The translations under genes were made by a program, and so were the position numbers. Source: Clostridia bacterium (lineage in GTDB: Bacteria > Bacillota > Clostridia > CAKSNL01 > HGM11501). Taken from it: a stretch of 64,000 bases of DNA. The first letter of the stretch is position 1. Each line of letters opens with the position of its first letter. Below, one piece after another: positions 47,708 through 55,434 of this stretch. The stretch covers positions 15,295 to 79,294 of the forward strand of contig JAFQQJ010000013.1 in NCBI GenBank assembly GCA_017411325.1, written 5' to 3'. The notes under the pieces were generated by a model. It made no database searches. It was not told the origin of the DNA and worked only from the letters and a program-made list of their open reading frames with translations.

Positions 47708-47815
47708 TTTTTTTGTTTTAACCAAACACGAACAACCATTAAAAACCAGTTGCATCTAAAACTTATGCCTTGCAATTACTAAAAAATCTTGTCGAAATAA
47801 GAGGAGTAAAAAGAT
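47708..47815 (+). repeat. cassette junction J1 (motifs A, B, C)
   Basis: A: TTTTAACCAAACACGAAC 47716-47733. B: TTGCATCTAAAACTTATGCCTTGCAAT 47750-47776. C: TGTCGAA 47790-47796. Then RBS GAGGAG. Confidence 0.7.
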
Positions 47816-48295
47816 ATGTGGAAAAATTGTATTGAAGATGCACAAGGGTACATAACTTTACATGATTGCGTTGTCAATAGAGCAGAAGCTTTTGACGATG
47901 TATTGTCTTTAACTTTTGATGATGGTTTTTGGATGTTGGCAGATACAAAATATAATTCTTGCGGAGAAACAGTTAGAACAGATAAATCAAAAATAAATTT
48001 TACTGAATTTGATGAACAGCTATCCGTGTTCTATTTATTCAAAAGACACTATATATTTGGTAAACGTTTATGTACGACAAGAAAAAAAGTAGAATTGAAA
48101 GAAGTATATAAAAAAATAAATAAAGGCGAGTGGGAAATAGAGTTTAATGAGAAATATAATGGGGTTCATCAAGTTTTATTTTTTGGCGGAGTAACAACAA
48201 AGAAGAAAATTTGGGCATATGAATTTCAAATGGTTATTGATTGCGATAAAATCAAGTATTATTGGAATAATATTCGCCCGGATAGAAAATGGTGA
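47816..48295 (+). CDS. cassette ORF 2: hypothetical cytoplasmic protein (159 aa)
   Basis: ATG behind GAGGAG. No family recognised. AT-rich. Confidence 0.6.
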   Translation: MWKNCIEDAQGYITLHDCVVNRAEAFDDVLSLTFDDGFWMLADTKYNSCGETVRTDKSKINFTEFDEQLSVFYLFKRHYIFGKRLCTTRKKVELKEVYKKINKGEWEIEFNEKYNGVHQVLFFGGVTTKKKIWAYEFQMVIDCDKIKYYWNNIRPDRKW

Positions 48296-48403
48296 ATTTT
48301 TAGATCTAACCTTATATGAACTTTCACTAAATAATCTTGGCATCCAGATTATACAGTCTTTATATAAAAAATGTCGAATATTGTTGAAAAAGAGGAATTG
48401 GAT
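48296..48403 (+). repeat. cassette junction J2 (degenerate motifs A and B, motif C)
   Basis: A with a 5-nt insertion: TTTTTAGATCTAACCTTATATGAAC 48297-48321. Degenerate B: TTGGCATCCAGATTATACAG 48337-48356. C: TGTCGAA 48372-48378 and TGTTGAA 48382-48388. The 17-mer ATTATACAGTCTTTATA (48348-48364) is also at 47017-47033. Confidence 0.55.
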
Positions 48404-49081
48404 ATGAGTATAATGTATCCCAGAATACTATTATCTGCCAACACGAATAAGGAATTTTACATAGACGCTGTTGAAAAATGCGGTGGCATTGCCGTTGCAC
48501 AATACTGTCCTGAGTTTTCTTCGGAATATGACGGACTTCTTCTGTGTGGCGGAAACGATATCAATCCCAAGTATTATAACGAGAATATAAATGGTTCTGT
48601 TAATGTTGATGATTTGCGGGATGCAGCAGAATTTGAACTGTTCAGAAAATTCGTTGAAGCAAAAAAGCCGATATTTGGCGTGTGCAGAGGTTGTCAACTT
48701 ATAAATGTTGCCTTGGGCGGTAGTTTGCATCAGGATATTCCAAATGCTGATGAACACCGTTTTTCACTTGAACACTATCTGGTGCATGATATAAGAGCGA
48801 AGGAGGGCAGCTTCCTTTCAGAAATCTATGGTACTGAATTTTCTGTAAACAGTCATCATCACCAGGCGATAAAAGACCTCGGAGAAGGTGTTGAAATTGT
48901 CGCAACCGCTTTTGACGGAATTACTGTAGAGGCGATAAAGCATAGAGAATTACCTATTTATGCATTGCAATGGCATCCTGAAAAGATGTGTTTTAGCGAA
49001 AAAAGAGACGATGCGGTTGATGGAGCAAGGATTTTTGAATTTTTTATTGATTTGTGTAAAAAACTTTCTGAAAACGGGTGA
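48404..49081 (+). CDS. cassette ORF 3: class-I glutamine amidotransferase-like / peptidase C26 (gamma-glutamyl hydrolase family)
   Basis: Motifs GVCRGCQLINVALGGSLHQDI, HHHQAI, ALQWHPE. ATG 48404 behind AAAGAGGAA. The ORF-track start 48371 lies inside junction motif C. Confidence 0.8.
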   Translation: MSIMYPRILLSANTNKEFYIDAVEKCGGIAVAQYCPEFSSEYDGLLLCGGNDINPKYYNENINGSVNVDDLRDAAEFELFRKFVEAKKPIFGVCRGCQLINVALGGSLHQDIPNADEHRFSLEHYLVHDIRAKEGSFLSEIYGTEFSVNSHHHQAIKDLGEGVEIVATAFDGITVEAIKHRELPIYALQWHPEKMCFSEKRDDAVDGARIFEFFIDLCKKLSENG

Positions 49082-49370
49082 TAATTTTCTGTTTTAACCT
49101 GATACGAACTATTGCGTTGCATAGCAGCGCAGCGATATAAATTCCTAACGGAATTTACGATATATCCTTGCGGATGCGATATGTCCCTTTGGGACGAGAA
49201 TAAGGAATTTATATTATATCGCAACGGAGCAAAGCGGAGTTATATCGCATTTAAGTATGACGAAAATATATCGCACGAACGAAGTGAGTATATCGCTATA
49301 AGGGTTTGCATCTAAACCTTATGCCTCGCAATATGGATATGTCGAATGTTGTCGAAAAGTAATTTAAAGG
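49082..49370 (+). repeat. cassette junction J3 (motif A, inserted CGATAT-rich element, motifs B and C)
   Basis: A: TTTTAACCTGATACGAAC 49092-49109. Element: 49112-49305. B: TTGCATCTAAACCTTATGCCTCGCAAT 49306-49332. C: TGTCGAA 49340-49346 and 49350-49356. Confidence 0.7.
49112..49305. mobile_element. CGATAT-rich palindromic MITE-like element, copy A
   Basis: Starts TTGCGTTGCATAGCAGCGCAGCGATATAAATTCC and ends TATATCGCTATAAGGGT. Built of alternating GCGATAT / ATATCGC units. Near-identical to 50401-50610. Confidence 0.55.
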
Positions 49371-49652
49371 GTGGTAGTGTTGGTACAAACATTTCATTTT
49401 TTATTTTCAGTTTGGGAAAACAAGGAGTTAAAGAAAGAAATTTTTGACGCTTTAGAGTGTGACGATAAAAAACGAATAATAATTAGAAAGTATATTTTAA
49501 CTTTTGAACCACAACAAAGAATTGTGCTCATAGAATATGACGGAGAAAATCCAAAGTTTTTGGATGCAAAAATTTCATTTGATGCTTTAATAAATTTGCT
49601 CAATAAAAATTTTGATGATTTAACAGAAGGGTCAATCACATATTTATATTGA
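49371..49652 (+). CDS. cassette ORF 4: small hypothetical protein (about 90 aa)
   Basis: Only GTG/TTG starts are available (49371/49377/49380) and the RBS is weak. Kept because it occupies a junction-bounded slot on the same strand. Confidence 0.4.
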   Translation: MVVLVQTFHFLFSVWENKELKKEIFDALECDDKKRIIIRKYILTFEPQQRIVLIEYDGENPKFLDAKISFDALINLLNKNFDDLTEGSITYLY

Positions 49653-49766
49653 AATGTTCTTTAGTCTTAACTTAACACGAACTTGACATCAAAAAAGGTT
49701 TGCATCTAAACCTTATGCCTCGCAATACAAAGATGTCGAAAGGTGTCGAAAGGAGAAATTTATGAT
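49653..49766 (+). repeat. cassette junction J4 (motifs A, B, C)
   Basis: A: TCTTAACTTAACACGAAC 49665-49682. B: TTGCATCTAAACCTTATGCCTCGCAAT 49700-49726. C: TGTCGAA 49734-49740 and 49744-49750. RBS AGGAG. Confidence 0.7.
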
Positions 49767-50321
49767 ATGAGTGTTTTAACATCTATAGTAATGTTTATTA
49801 TTGTTATAACATTAAGTTTTGTTGTTTTAAGAAGTTTACATAAAAAATCACATGACATAAATATAAAAAGTGGAGTAATGAGTGGATTAACAACTGGAAT
49901 AATTCATATTATTTTTTCTTGTGTGGTTTGTGCATTGAGCGAAGGAGAAGGATTTATTACATATTGGGAAACGCATGAAGTTATAAATGGAATCTCGTTT
50001 AATACTATTAAAATTGTAGGAGTATGTTTAGCATCACTTGTACCAATATTATTATGTAGAGGAAAAGATTTTAAAGGATATTTGAAGTACATAATTTCAT
50101 CTTCTTTGGTCTTTGTTGCGGTATGTGTATTTGAGTGGATTAGCATATTTATTGTATTTTACATAAGCCAAATAGCAAATGTAGATATCATATTTCCGTT
50201 GAATACCTATGATTCACTTTTTTTCGCTTTTATGTATTTTCCTATTGGTGGTTTTTTAGGAACTTTGATTTCGATAATTGCAAATGCTATTTTAAGTATA
50301 TTGAAGAAGAAAGTGTATTGA
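49767..50321 (+). CDS. cassette ORF 5: polytopic membrane protein (about 5 TM), unknown function
   Basis: ATG 49767 (MSVLTSIVMFIIVITLSFVVL...). The ORF-track GTG 49743 lies inside motif C. Confidence 0.6.
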   Translation: MSVLTSIVMFIIVITLSFVVLRSLHKKSHDINIKSGVMSGLTTGIIHIIFSCVVCALSEGEGFITYWETHEVINGISFNTIKIVGVCLASLVPILLCRGKDFKGYLKYIISSSLVFVAVCVFEWISIFIVFYISQIANVDIIFPLNTYDSLFFAFMYFPIGGFLGTLISIIANAILSILKKKVY

Positions 50322-50637
50322 GAAAGTCTATGATTTTTAATCCTTACTTGCTATGAATTAGTATCAAAAAGAATTGCATCTAAACCTTATGCATCGCAAT
50401 TGCGTTGCATAGCAACGCGGCGATATAAATTCCTAACGGAATTTACGATATATCCTTGCGGATGCGATATACCTAAAGGTGCGATATGTCCCTTTGGGAC
50501 GAGATTAAGGAATTTATATTATATCGCAACGGAGCAAAGCGGAGTTATATCGCATTTGAGTGTGACGAAAATATATCGCACGAACGAAGTGAGTATATCG
50601 CTATAAGGGCTTGCATCTAAACCTTATGTGTAGCAAT
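50322..50637 (+). repeat. cassette junction J5 / array end (degenerate A, B, inserted element, second B)
   Basis: A-like: TTTTAATCCTTACTTGC 50335-50351. B: TTGCATCTAAACCTTATGCATCGCAAT 50374-50400. Element: 50401-50610. B': TTGCATCTAAACCTTATGTGTAGCAAT 50611-50637. No motif C or ORF follows. Confidence 0.65.
50401..50610. mobile_element. CGATAT-rich palindromic MITE-like element, copy B
   Basis: Same ends as copy A. Differs by a few substitutions and one extra 17-nt internal unit (ACCTAAAGGTGCGATAT). Confidence 0.55.
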
Positions 50638-50647
50638 TATTAAAAAT

Positions 50648-50674
50648 ACCGGTATCCGGATTATCCGGTTTTTA
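50648..50674 (+). terminator. intrinsic terminator closing the cassette array
   Basis: CCGGA-TTA-TCCGG (alternative outer pairing ACCGG/CCGGT) followed by TTTTT. Confidence 0.65.
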
Positions 50675-50731
50675 TATGCAGTTCAACGCAGTATGGCAAG
50701 ATAAATATCGCTGCGGTAAAGGAGTTATTAT

Positions 50732-51745
50732 ATGAATCTTACATTAAATCAAATTGAAAAAATAACAAATGGTGCTGAGAGAGTTAAAGAAAATGACAAT
50801 CTTATAAGATTTTACAGATTTACCGAAGAACAGGAAGAGTTATACAAAAGAAGAAATGCTGATTTTTATAAGAAAACCTTTTCGACAGCAGGCATCAGGC
50901 TGGCATTTAAGACAGACAGTGAAAAGCTTTATTTAAGCGGCAGCATTTTTTCCGGCTCTTCCCGCAGTTACTATTCCGTGGATGTTTTTGTGAATAAAAA
51001 AATGATAGGGTGCATTGATAACTTTAATGAATCCGAAATGAAGGGCAACTACAGCGCAAAGGCTTGCCCGGAGGATGACTTCTCAAAAGAATTTATGCTT
51101 GGTAAAGGCGAAAAAGAAGTTGAGGTTTACTTTCCCTGGTCTGTCGGCATAGGATTGAAGAATATCGCTATTGATGATAATTCTTTTATAGAGCCGGTTA
51201 AGCGATCCAAAAAGCTCCTTGCTTTCGGGGACTCCATTACGCAGGGGTATGATGCTTTAAGGCCGTCAAGAAGATATGTTTCGCTTCTTTCGGAGAAATT
51301 AGGCGCAGAAGAAATCAATAAGGCGATAGGCGGAGAGGTGTTTTTCCCCGGTCTTGCAGAAAGCGAAGAAGCATATATACCCGATTATATAATCGTTGCT
51401 TACGGAACAAATGACTGGAGCAGGCTGGGAAAAGACGAATTTGATAAAAACTGCAAAGCCTTTTATGAGGCACTAAGTAAAAAATATTTATCGTCAAAAA
51501 TTTTTGCTATTACTCCCATCTGGAGAAAGGATTTGCACGAGGAAAGCAAGGTGGGAGCTTTCAGCTATATAGAAGAATACATAAAAGAGGTTACATCAAA
51601 GCTTGAAAATGTCACATTCATCTCAGGATACGATTTTGTTCCCGAGGATGAAGCTTTCTATGGAGACTTAAGACTTCATCCCAACGATATGGGCTTTTCT
51701 AAGCATTATGAAAACTTATATAGCAGGATAAAAAAATACTTATAA
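50732..51745 (+). CDS. SGNH/GDSL-family hydrolase (esterase)
   Basis: 337 aa. Block I LLAFGDSITQGY, block III AYGTNDW, block V-like LHPNDMG. Confidence 0.8.
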   Translation: MNLTLNQIEKITNGAERVKENDNLIRFYRFTEEQEELYKRRNADFYKKTFSTAGIRLAFKTDSEKLYLSGSIFSGSSRSYYSVDVFVNKKMIGCIDNFNESEMKGNYSAKACPEDDFSKEFMLGKGEKEVEVYFPWSVGIGLKNIAIDDNSFIEPVKRSKKLLAFGDSITQGYDALRPSRRYVSLLSEKLGAEEINKAIGGEVFFPGLAESEEAYIPDYIIVAYGTNDWSRLGKDEFDKNCKAFYEALSKKYLSSKIFAITPIWRKDLHEESKVGAFSYIEEYIKEVTSKLENVTFISGYDFVPEDEAFYGDLRLHPNDMGFSKHYENLYSRIKKYL

Positions 51746-51836
51746 TTTTAATACATCTCGGTGCTGTTTCACGATCCTGATATTTTAAAGGATATCGGAT
51801 TTAAGATATTGTACGAAGATTAAAGGAGGAATTCTT

Positions 51837-53981
51837 ATGGATATAAAATTGAGAGAAAGAATTGACAGTATAATTTCCAAAATGACGCTTAAGGAAAAAA
51901 TCGGTCAGCTTAATCAGGAGGCGGTAAGCCCGAAAGACCTTGAAAAAATAAAAGAGCGTGTAAGAAACGGGGAGCTTGGCTCAATCATTCTGGCAAGCAC
52001 CGCAACAGCGGGAAACGATGCACAGGAAAAGGTTTATTATGAAGTAATTGATGAGATACAGAAAACAGCGGTGGAAGAAAGCAGAATGGGAATTCCGCTT
52101 CTTTTCGGAAGGGATATTATCCACGGCTATACAACGGTTTTCCCCGTGCCCTTGGCACTTTCTGCAATGTTTAATCCCGACCTTGTTAAAACGGCGTACA
52201 GCCATATTGCAAAGGAAACAAAAAACAACGGCGTTAACTGGACCTTTGCGCCCATGATTGATATATCGAGAGATTCAAGATGGGGAAGGTGTATTGAAGG
52301 CATCGGCGAGGATCCTTATGTGGGCGGTGTTATGGCAGAAGCAATCGTAAAGGGCTTTCAGGGCGAAGAGCTTTCACCTTCATCCGTTGCGGCAACGGCA
52401 AAGCACTTCATAGGCTACGGAGCCGCTGAAGGCGGAAGAGACTATGACAAGACGGAAATTTCCGATTATACCTTAAGAAACTTCTACCTTCCTCCATTTA
52501 AAAAGGCGATAGATGCAGGCTGTGCAACGGTAATGAATTCCTTTAACGAAATTAACGGAACGTCAACTGCGGCAAGCAAAAAGCTTTTAAGAAAAATGCT
52601 TAAGGGCGAGCTTTCCTTTGAAGGCTTTGTTATAAGCGACTGGGGCTCTGTCGAAAAGCTTGTATTTTTCGGTCAGGCATCAGATAAGAAAGAGGCGGCA
52701 AAAATTGCAATAAATGCCGGAATGGATATGGATATGGTGTGCCGTGCCTTCTTCGATAACCTCGAAGCGCTTGTTTCGGAGGGCAAGGTTTCGGAAGCAA
52801 CCATTGACGAAGCCGTATCAAGAATTCTTGGCGTAAAGCTTAAGCTTGGTCTTTTCGAAAATCCCTATGTGGTAAGGCAGGATATTAATATAGAGGAAAC
52901 AGAAGATTGTGCGGAAAAATGTGCAGACGAAGCAATGGTGCTTCTTAAAAACAACGAAAACATCCTTCCTCTTAAAAAGGAAGCGGCCGTTTTATTTGCA
53001 GGCCCTATGCTTTCTGAAAAGCATTCTCTTATGGGCTCCTGGAGTGCAGACGGTGATGTTACAAGGGTGAAAAGCATTAAAGAGGTGCTGAAAGAGAGCA
53101 AAGTAAATGCATTTTTCGCAGAGAGCGACTATCTCTGGGACGGAATTTTACCCTTTGTGAGAATGGCGGATGCCGTGGTATTAACCTTAGGTGAAAGCAG
53201 AAAGGTAACGGGCGAGGCTAACAGCTTAACTAAAGTGGAGCTTCCGGCAGAGCAGATGGAGTTTATAAAGAGAGTGCACGCTCTGGGCGTAAAAATAATC
53301 GGTGTTATGGCATTCGGCCGTCCCATCGCACTTTTCGATGCGGAGCCTTATCTTGATGCAATTCTTTATATATGGCACTCGGGAACAAGAAGTGCACAAA
53401 GCGCAGTTTCCGCTCTTTACGGTGACGTTAATCCTTCGGGACGACTGCCTATGAGCTTCCCCAGATATACAGGGCAGATTCCAATATACTATAACCGTGA
53501 AAAGGGCGCGATACCTCTTAATTCCTACTATGGCGAAACCAATAAAAGAGTGCATTCCTATCACGATTCCCTTGCAACGCCCATGTATCCCTTTGGCTAC
53601 GGACTTTCGTATACTGAATTTTCCTACGGAGAAATTACCTCGGATAAAACAAAAATCAGCTTAAAGGACTTAGAAGCGGGGGACGGTTTCTCCTTAAGCA
53701 TCACCGTTAAGAATACGGGAGAGCGTGAAGGCGCTGAGGTAACTCAGGTCTACATAACCGACAAGGTATCATCTATGGTACGCCCGATTAAGGAGCTTAA
53801 GGCTTTCTCAAAGAATGTCTTAAAGCCGGGTGAAGAGGTAAAGCTTAACTTCTTTATTGACTTTGAAAAGCTCGGCTATTACAACGATGAAGGCGAATTT
53901 ACGGTTGAAGAAGGCGAATTTGACATCTGGATAGGCAAAGACGCCTATGTAACAGATAAGATAACAGTTACGGTAGAATAA
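51837..53981 (+). CDS. glycoside hydrolase family 3 beta-glucosidase-like enzyme
   Basis: 714 aa. Motifs KHFIGYGAAEGGRDY and GFVISDWGS (nucleophile Asp). C-terminal FnIII-like domain. Confidence 0.9.
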   Translation: MDIKLRERIDSIISKMTLKEKIGQLNQEAVSPKDLEKIKERVRNGELGSIILASTATAGNDAQEKVYYEVIDEIQKTAVEESRMGIPLLFGRDIIHGYTTVFPVPLALSAMFNPDLVKTAYSHIAKETKNNGVNWTFAPMIDISRDSRWGRCIEGIGEDPYVGGVMAEAIVKGFQGEELSPSSVAATAKHFIGYGAAEGGRDYDKTEISDYTLRNFYLPPFKKAIDAGCATVMNSFNEINGTSTAASKKLLRKMLKGELSFEGFVISDWGSVEKLVFFGQASDKKEAAKIAINAGMDMDMVCRAFFDNLEALVSEGKVSEATIDEAVSRILGVKLKLGLFENPYVVRQDINIEETEDCAEKCADEAMVLLKNNENILPLKKEAAVLFAGPMLSEKHSLMGSWSADGDVTRVKSIKEVLKESKVNAFFAESDYLWDGILPFVRMADAVVLTLGESRKVTGEANSLTKVELPAEQMEFIKRVHALGVKIIGVMAFGRPIALFDAEPYLDAILYIWHSGTRSAQSAVSALYGDVNPSGRLPMSFPRYTGQIPIYYNREKGAIPLNSYYGETNKRVHSYHDSLATPMYPFGYGLSYTEFSYGEITSDKTKISLKDLEAGDGFSLSITVKNTGEREGAEVTQVYITDKVSSMVRPIKELKAFSKNVLKPGEEVKLNFFIDFEKLGYYNDEGEFTVEEGEFDIWIGKDAYVTDKITVTVE

Positions 53982-53983
53982 AA

Positions 53984-54005
53984 AATAAGTACCGCCCGTT
54001 CGGCG
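53984..54005. repeat. left arm of an inverted repeat bounding the GH3/permease intergenic region
   Basis: AATAAGTACCGCCCGTTCGGCG. The reverse complement of 54276-54296 is AATAAGTACCGCCCAACGGCG (14 bp perfect, then 5 of the next 7). Confidence 0.7.
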
Positions 54006-54060
54006 CCCTCACTTAGGGATTATTCGTTTCAAAAGCATAATTTTGGCACATAACTGTGTT

Positions 54061-54100
54061 AAAAATCCCCCATATCCGCCAGGATAATGGGGGATTTTTG
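54061..54100. terminator. bidirectional terminator-like hairpin
   Basis: AAAAATCCCCCAT...ATGGGGGATTTTT. Confidence 0.6.
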
Positions 54101-54182
54101 CCTTGTTCTGCACTTAAAATAATGTTTTTGAAATGCTTCGCAGTTTTGGGTTAGAGATTTTTTTCGATTTAAGACAAAGCAT

Positions 54183-54221
54183 AAAAAATCCCGATATACT
54201 TGCGTATTTCGGGATTTTTTT
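54183..54221. terminator. bidirectional terminator-like hairpin
   Basis: AAAAAATCCCGA...TCGGGATTTTTTT. Confidence 0.6.
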
Positions 54222-54275
54222 GCGCCTTATTAACGGAAAATATCAAGCCAAAACCGATTCATCCCCAAGAGAGGT

Positions 54276-54296
54276 CGCCGTTGGGCGGTACTTATT
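54276..54296. repeat. right arm of the inverted repeat bounding the intergenic region
   Basis: CGCCGTTGGGCGGTACTTATT, ending 2 nt before the stop codon of the minus-strand permease. Confidence 0.7.
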
Positions 54297-54297
54297 T

Positions 54298-55407
54298 TTA
54301 TGTAAACATCATTATGCCCAGCATTGCAAATGTGAGAATAAATACAAAGCCGAAATTGAAAATGGAGAAAAGCCCGATATACCTCCAGGATTTTCCGGGG
54401 TTATGTTTTATGTACTCGCGGAATGTGATTAAGCTTGCGAGAGATGCAATTAATGTCCCCGCACCGCCTATGTTAACACCAAGCAACAATTCGGGATAGT
54501 TGGTTGTAAATTGCGAAAGCAAAATTGCGGATGGCACATTGCTTATAAACTGGCAGGAAAGAATGGAAAACACCAAAGTATTTTTGGAAAGTAAAAATGA
54601 GAAAAATTCTCTCACCGCATCAATTCTTGCCATATTTCCCGAAAAGATAAAGAAAAAGCAAAAGGTAAGTAAAAGGGGATAGTCAACGTCCTTCAGCGCT
54701 TTTCTGTCAAGGAATAAAAGGGCAAAGGGGATAACTATAAGACCAATCCAGTAGGGGATGCTCCTGAAAACTATTGCGATTGAAAGGGCGAAAAGCAAAA
54801 GGTAAATAAACGCCCTTCTTTTGTCGATTGTAACGGTGTCCTCCTCAAGTATAAGGGGCTCGGATTTTACAAAGAGACAGCACAGAGTAATTATAATAAT
54901 TGAAATTATAAAGGGCGGCGCCATAATTTTTATAAATTCACCGTTCGGTATATTGAATTTTGTATAAAGATATAAATTCTGAGGATTACCGAAGGGGGTT
55001 AACATTCCGCCTAAATTTGCCGCAATGTTCTGCATTATAAAGGTAAAAGCCATAAGCTTTTCCTTTTTCGTGACCGTAAGAATAAGAAATCCCAAAGGGA
55101 GAAAGGTTAAAAGAGCCATATCGTTGGCGATAAGCATAGAACCTATAAATGTTATATACACAAGAGCAAGAATTGCAAGCTTTGTTGTTTTGAATAGGGT
55201 GACTATTTTTCTTGCCAGTATATAGAAAAAATCTATATTTTTAAGAGCACACACAACTGCAAGCACCGAAAAGAGGCAGGACAGGGTTTTGACGTCGAAA
55301 TAATGGAGATATTCCTCATCAATGGGAACGAAAAAGCAGGTTATGATAGCCGCGACAAGGGCAATCAGCATAACCGCGTTTTTTGAAGCAAATTTTTTAA
55401 ATGTCAA
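54298..55407 (-). CDS. ArsB/NhaD-superfamily (citrate-transporter-like) anion permease
   Basis: 369 aa, about 10 TM. Pattern ...NDMALLTFLPL... and ...GVNIGGAGTLIASLASLI... typical of this permease superfamily. Substrate unknown. Confidence 0.7.
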   Translation of the reverse strand: MTFKKFASKNAVMLIALVAAIITCFFVPIDEEYLHYFDVKTLSCLFSVLAVVCALKNIDFFYILARKIVTLFKTTKLAILALVYITFIGSMLIANDMALLTFLPLGFLILTVTKKEKLMAFTFIMQNIAANLGGMLTPFGNPQNLYLYTKFNIPNGEFIKIMAPPFIISIIIITLCCLFVKSEPLILEEDTVTIDKRRAFIYLLLFALSIAIVFRSIPYWIGLIVIPFALLFLDRKALKDVDYPLLLTFCFFFIFSGNMARIDAVREFFSFLLSKNTLVFSILSCQFISNVPSAILLSQFTTNYPELLLGVNIGGAGTLIASLASLITFREYIKHNPGKSWRYIGLFSIFNFGFVFILTFAMLGIMMFT

Positions 55408-55434
55408 AGAAAATCATCTCTTTCAGTAAAGATT

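Noticed and set aside
48371-48403. ORF-track starts 48371 (ATG) and 49743 (GTG) for cassette ORFs 3 and 5
   Set aside because: Both start codons fall inside the conserved TGTCGAA junction repeats, upstream of the RBS. In-frame ATGs at 48404 and 49767, with proper RBS spacing, are preferred.
49112-49315. 67-aa ORF (MRCIAAQRYKFLTEFTIYPCGCD...) and its twin at 50400-50606
   Set aside because: Both lie wholly inside the two copies of the CGATAT-rich palindromic element. They have no RBS, and their similarity is explained by DNA repeat identity, including an indel that keeps the repeat unit. I treat them as translation artefacts of a repeat.
47708-50637. CRISPR array or classical integron attC sites as an explanation for the recurring junction sequences
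   Set aside because: It is not CRISPR: the repeats are separated by 0.3-0.7-kb protein-coding ORFs at irregular spacing and are tripartite rather than a single short unit. It is not classical attC: I could not find complementary RYYYAAC / GTTRRRY cores or an extended imperfect palindrome in any junction, and no intI-like gene is adjacent. The integron analogy is kept only at the level of organisation.
54133-54499. Two 99-aa plus-strand ORFs (54133-54432, 54200-54499)
   Set aside because: They span terminator hairpins and then run antisense through the 3' end of the well-supported permease gene. They have no RBS and low-complexity translations.
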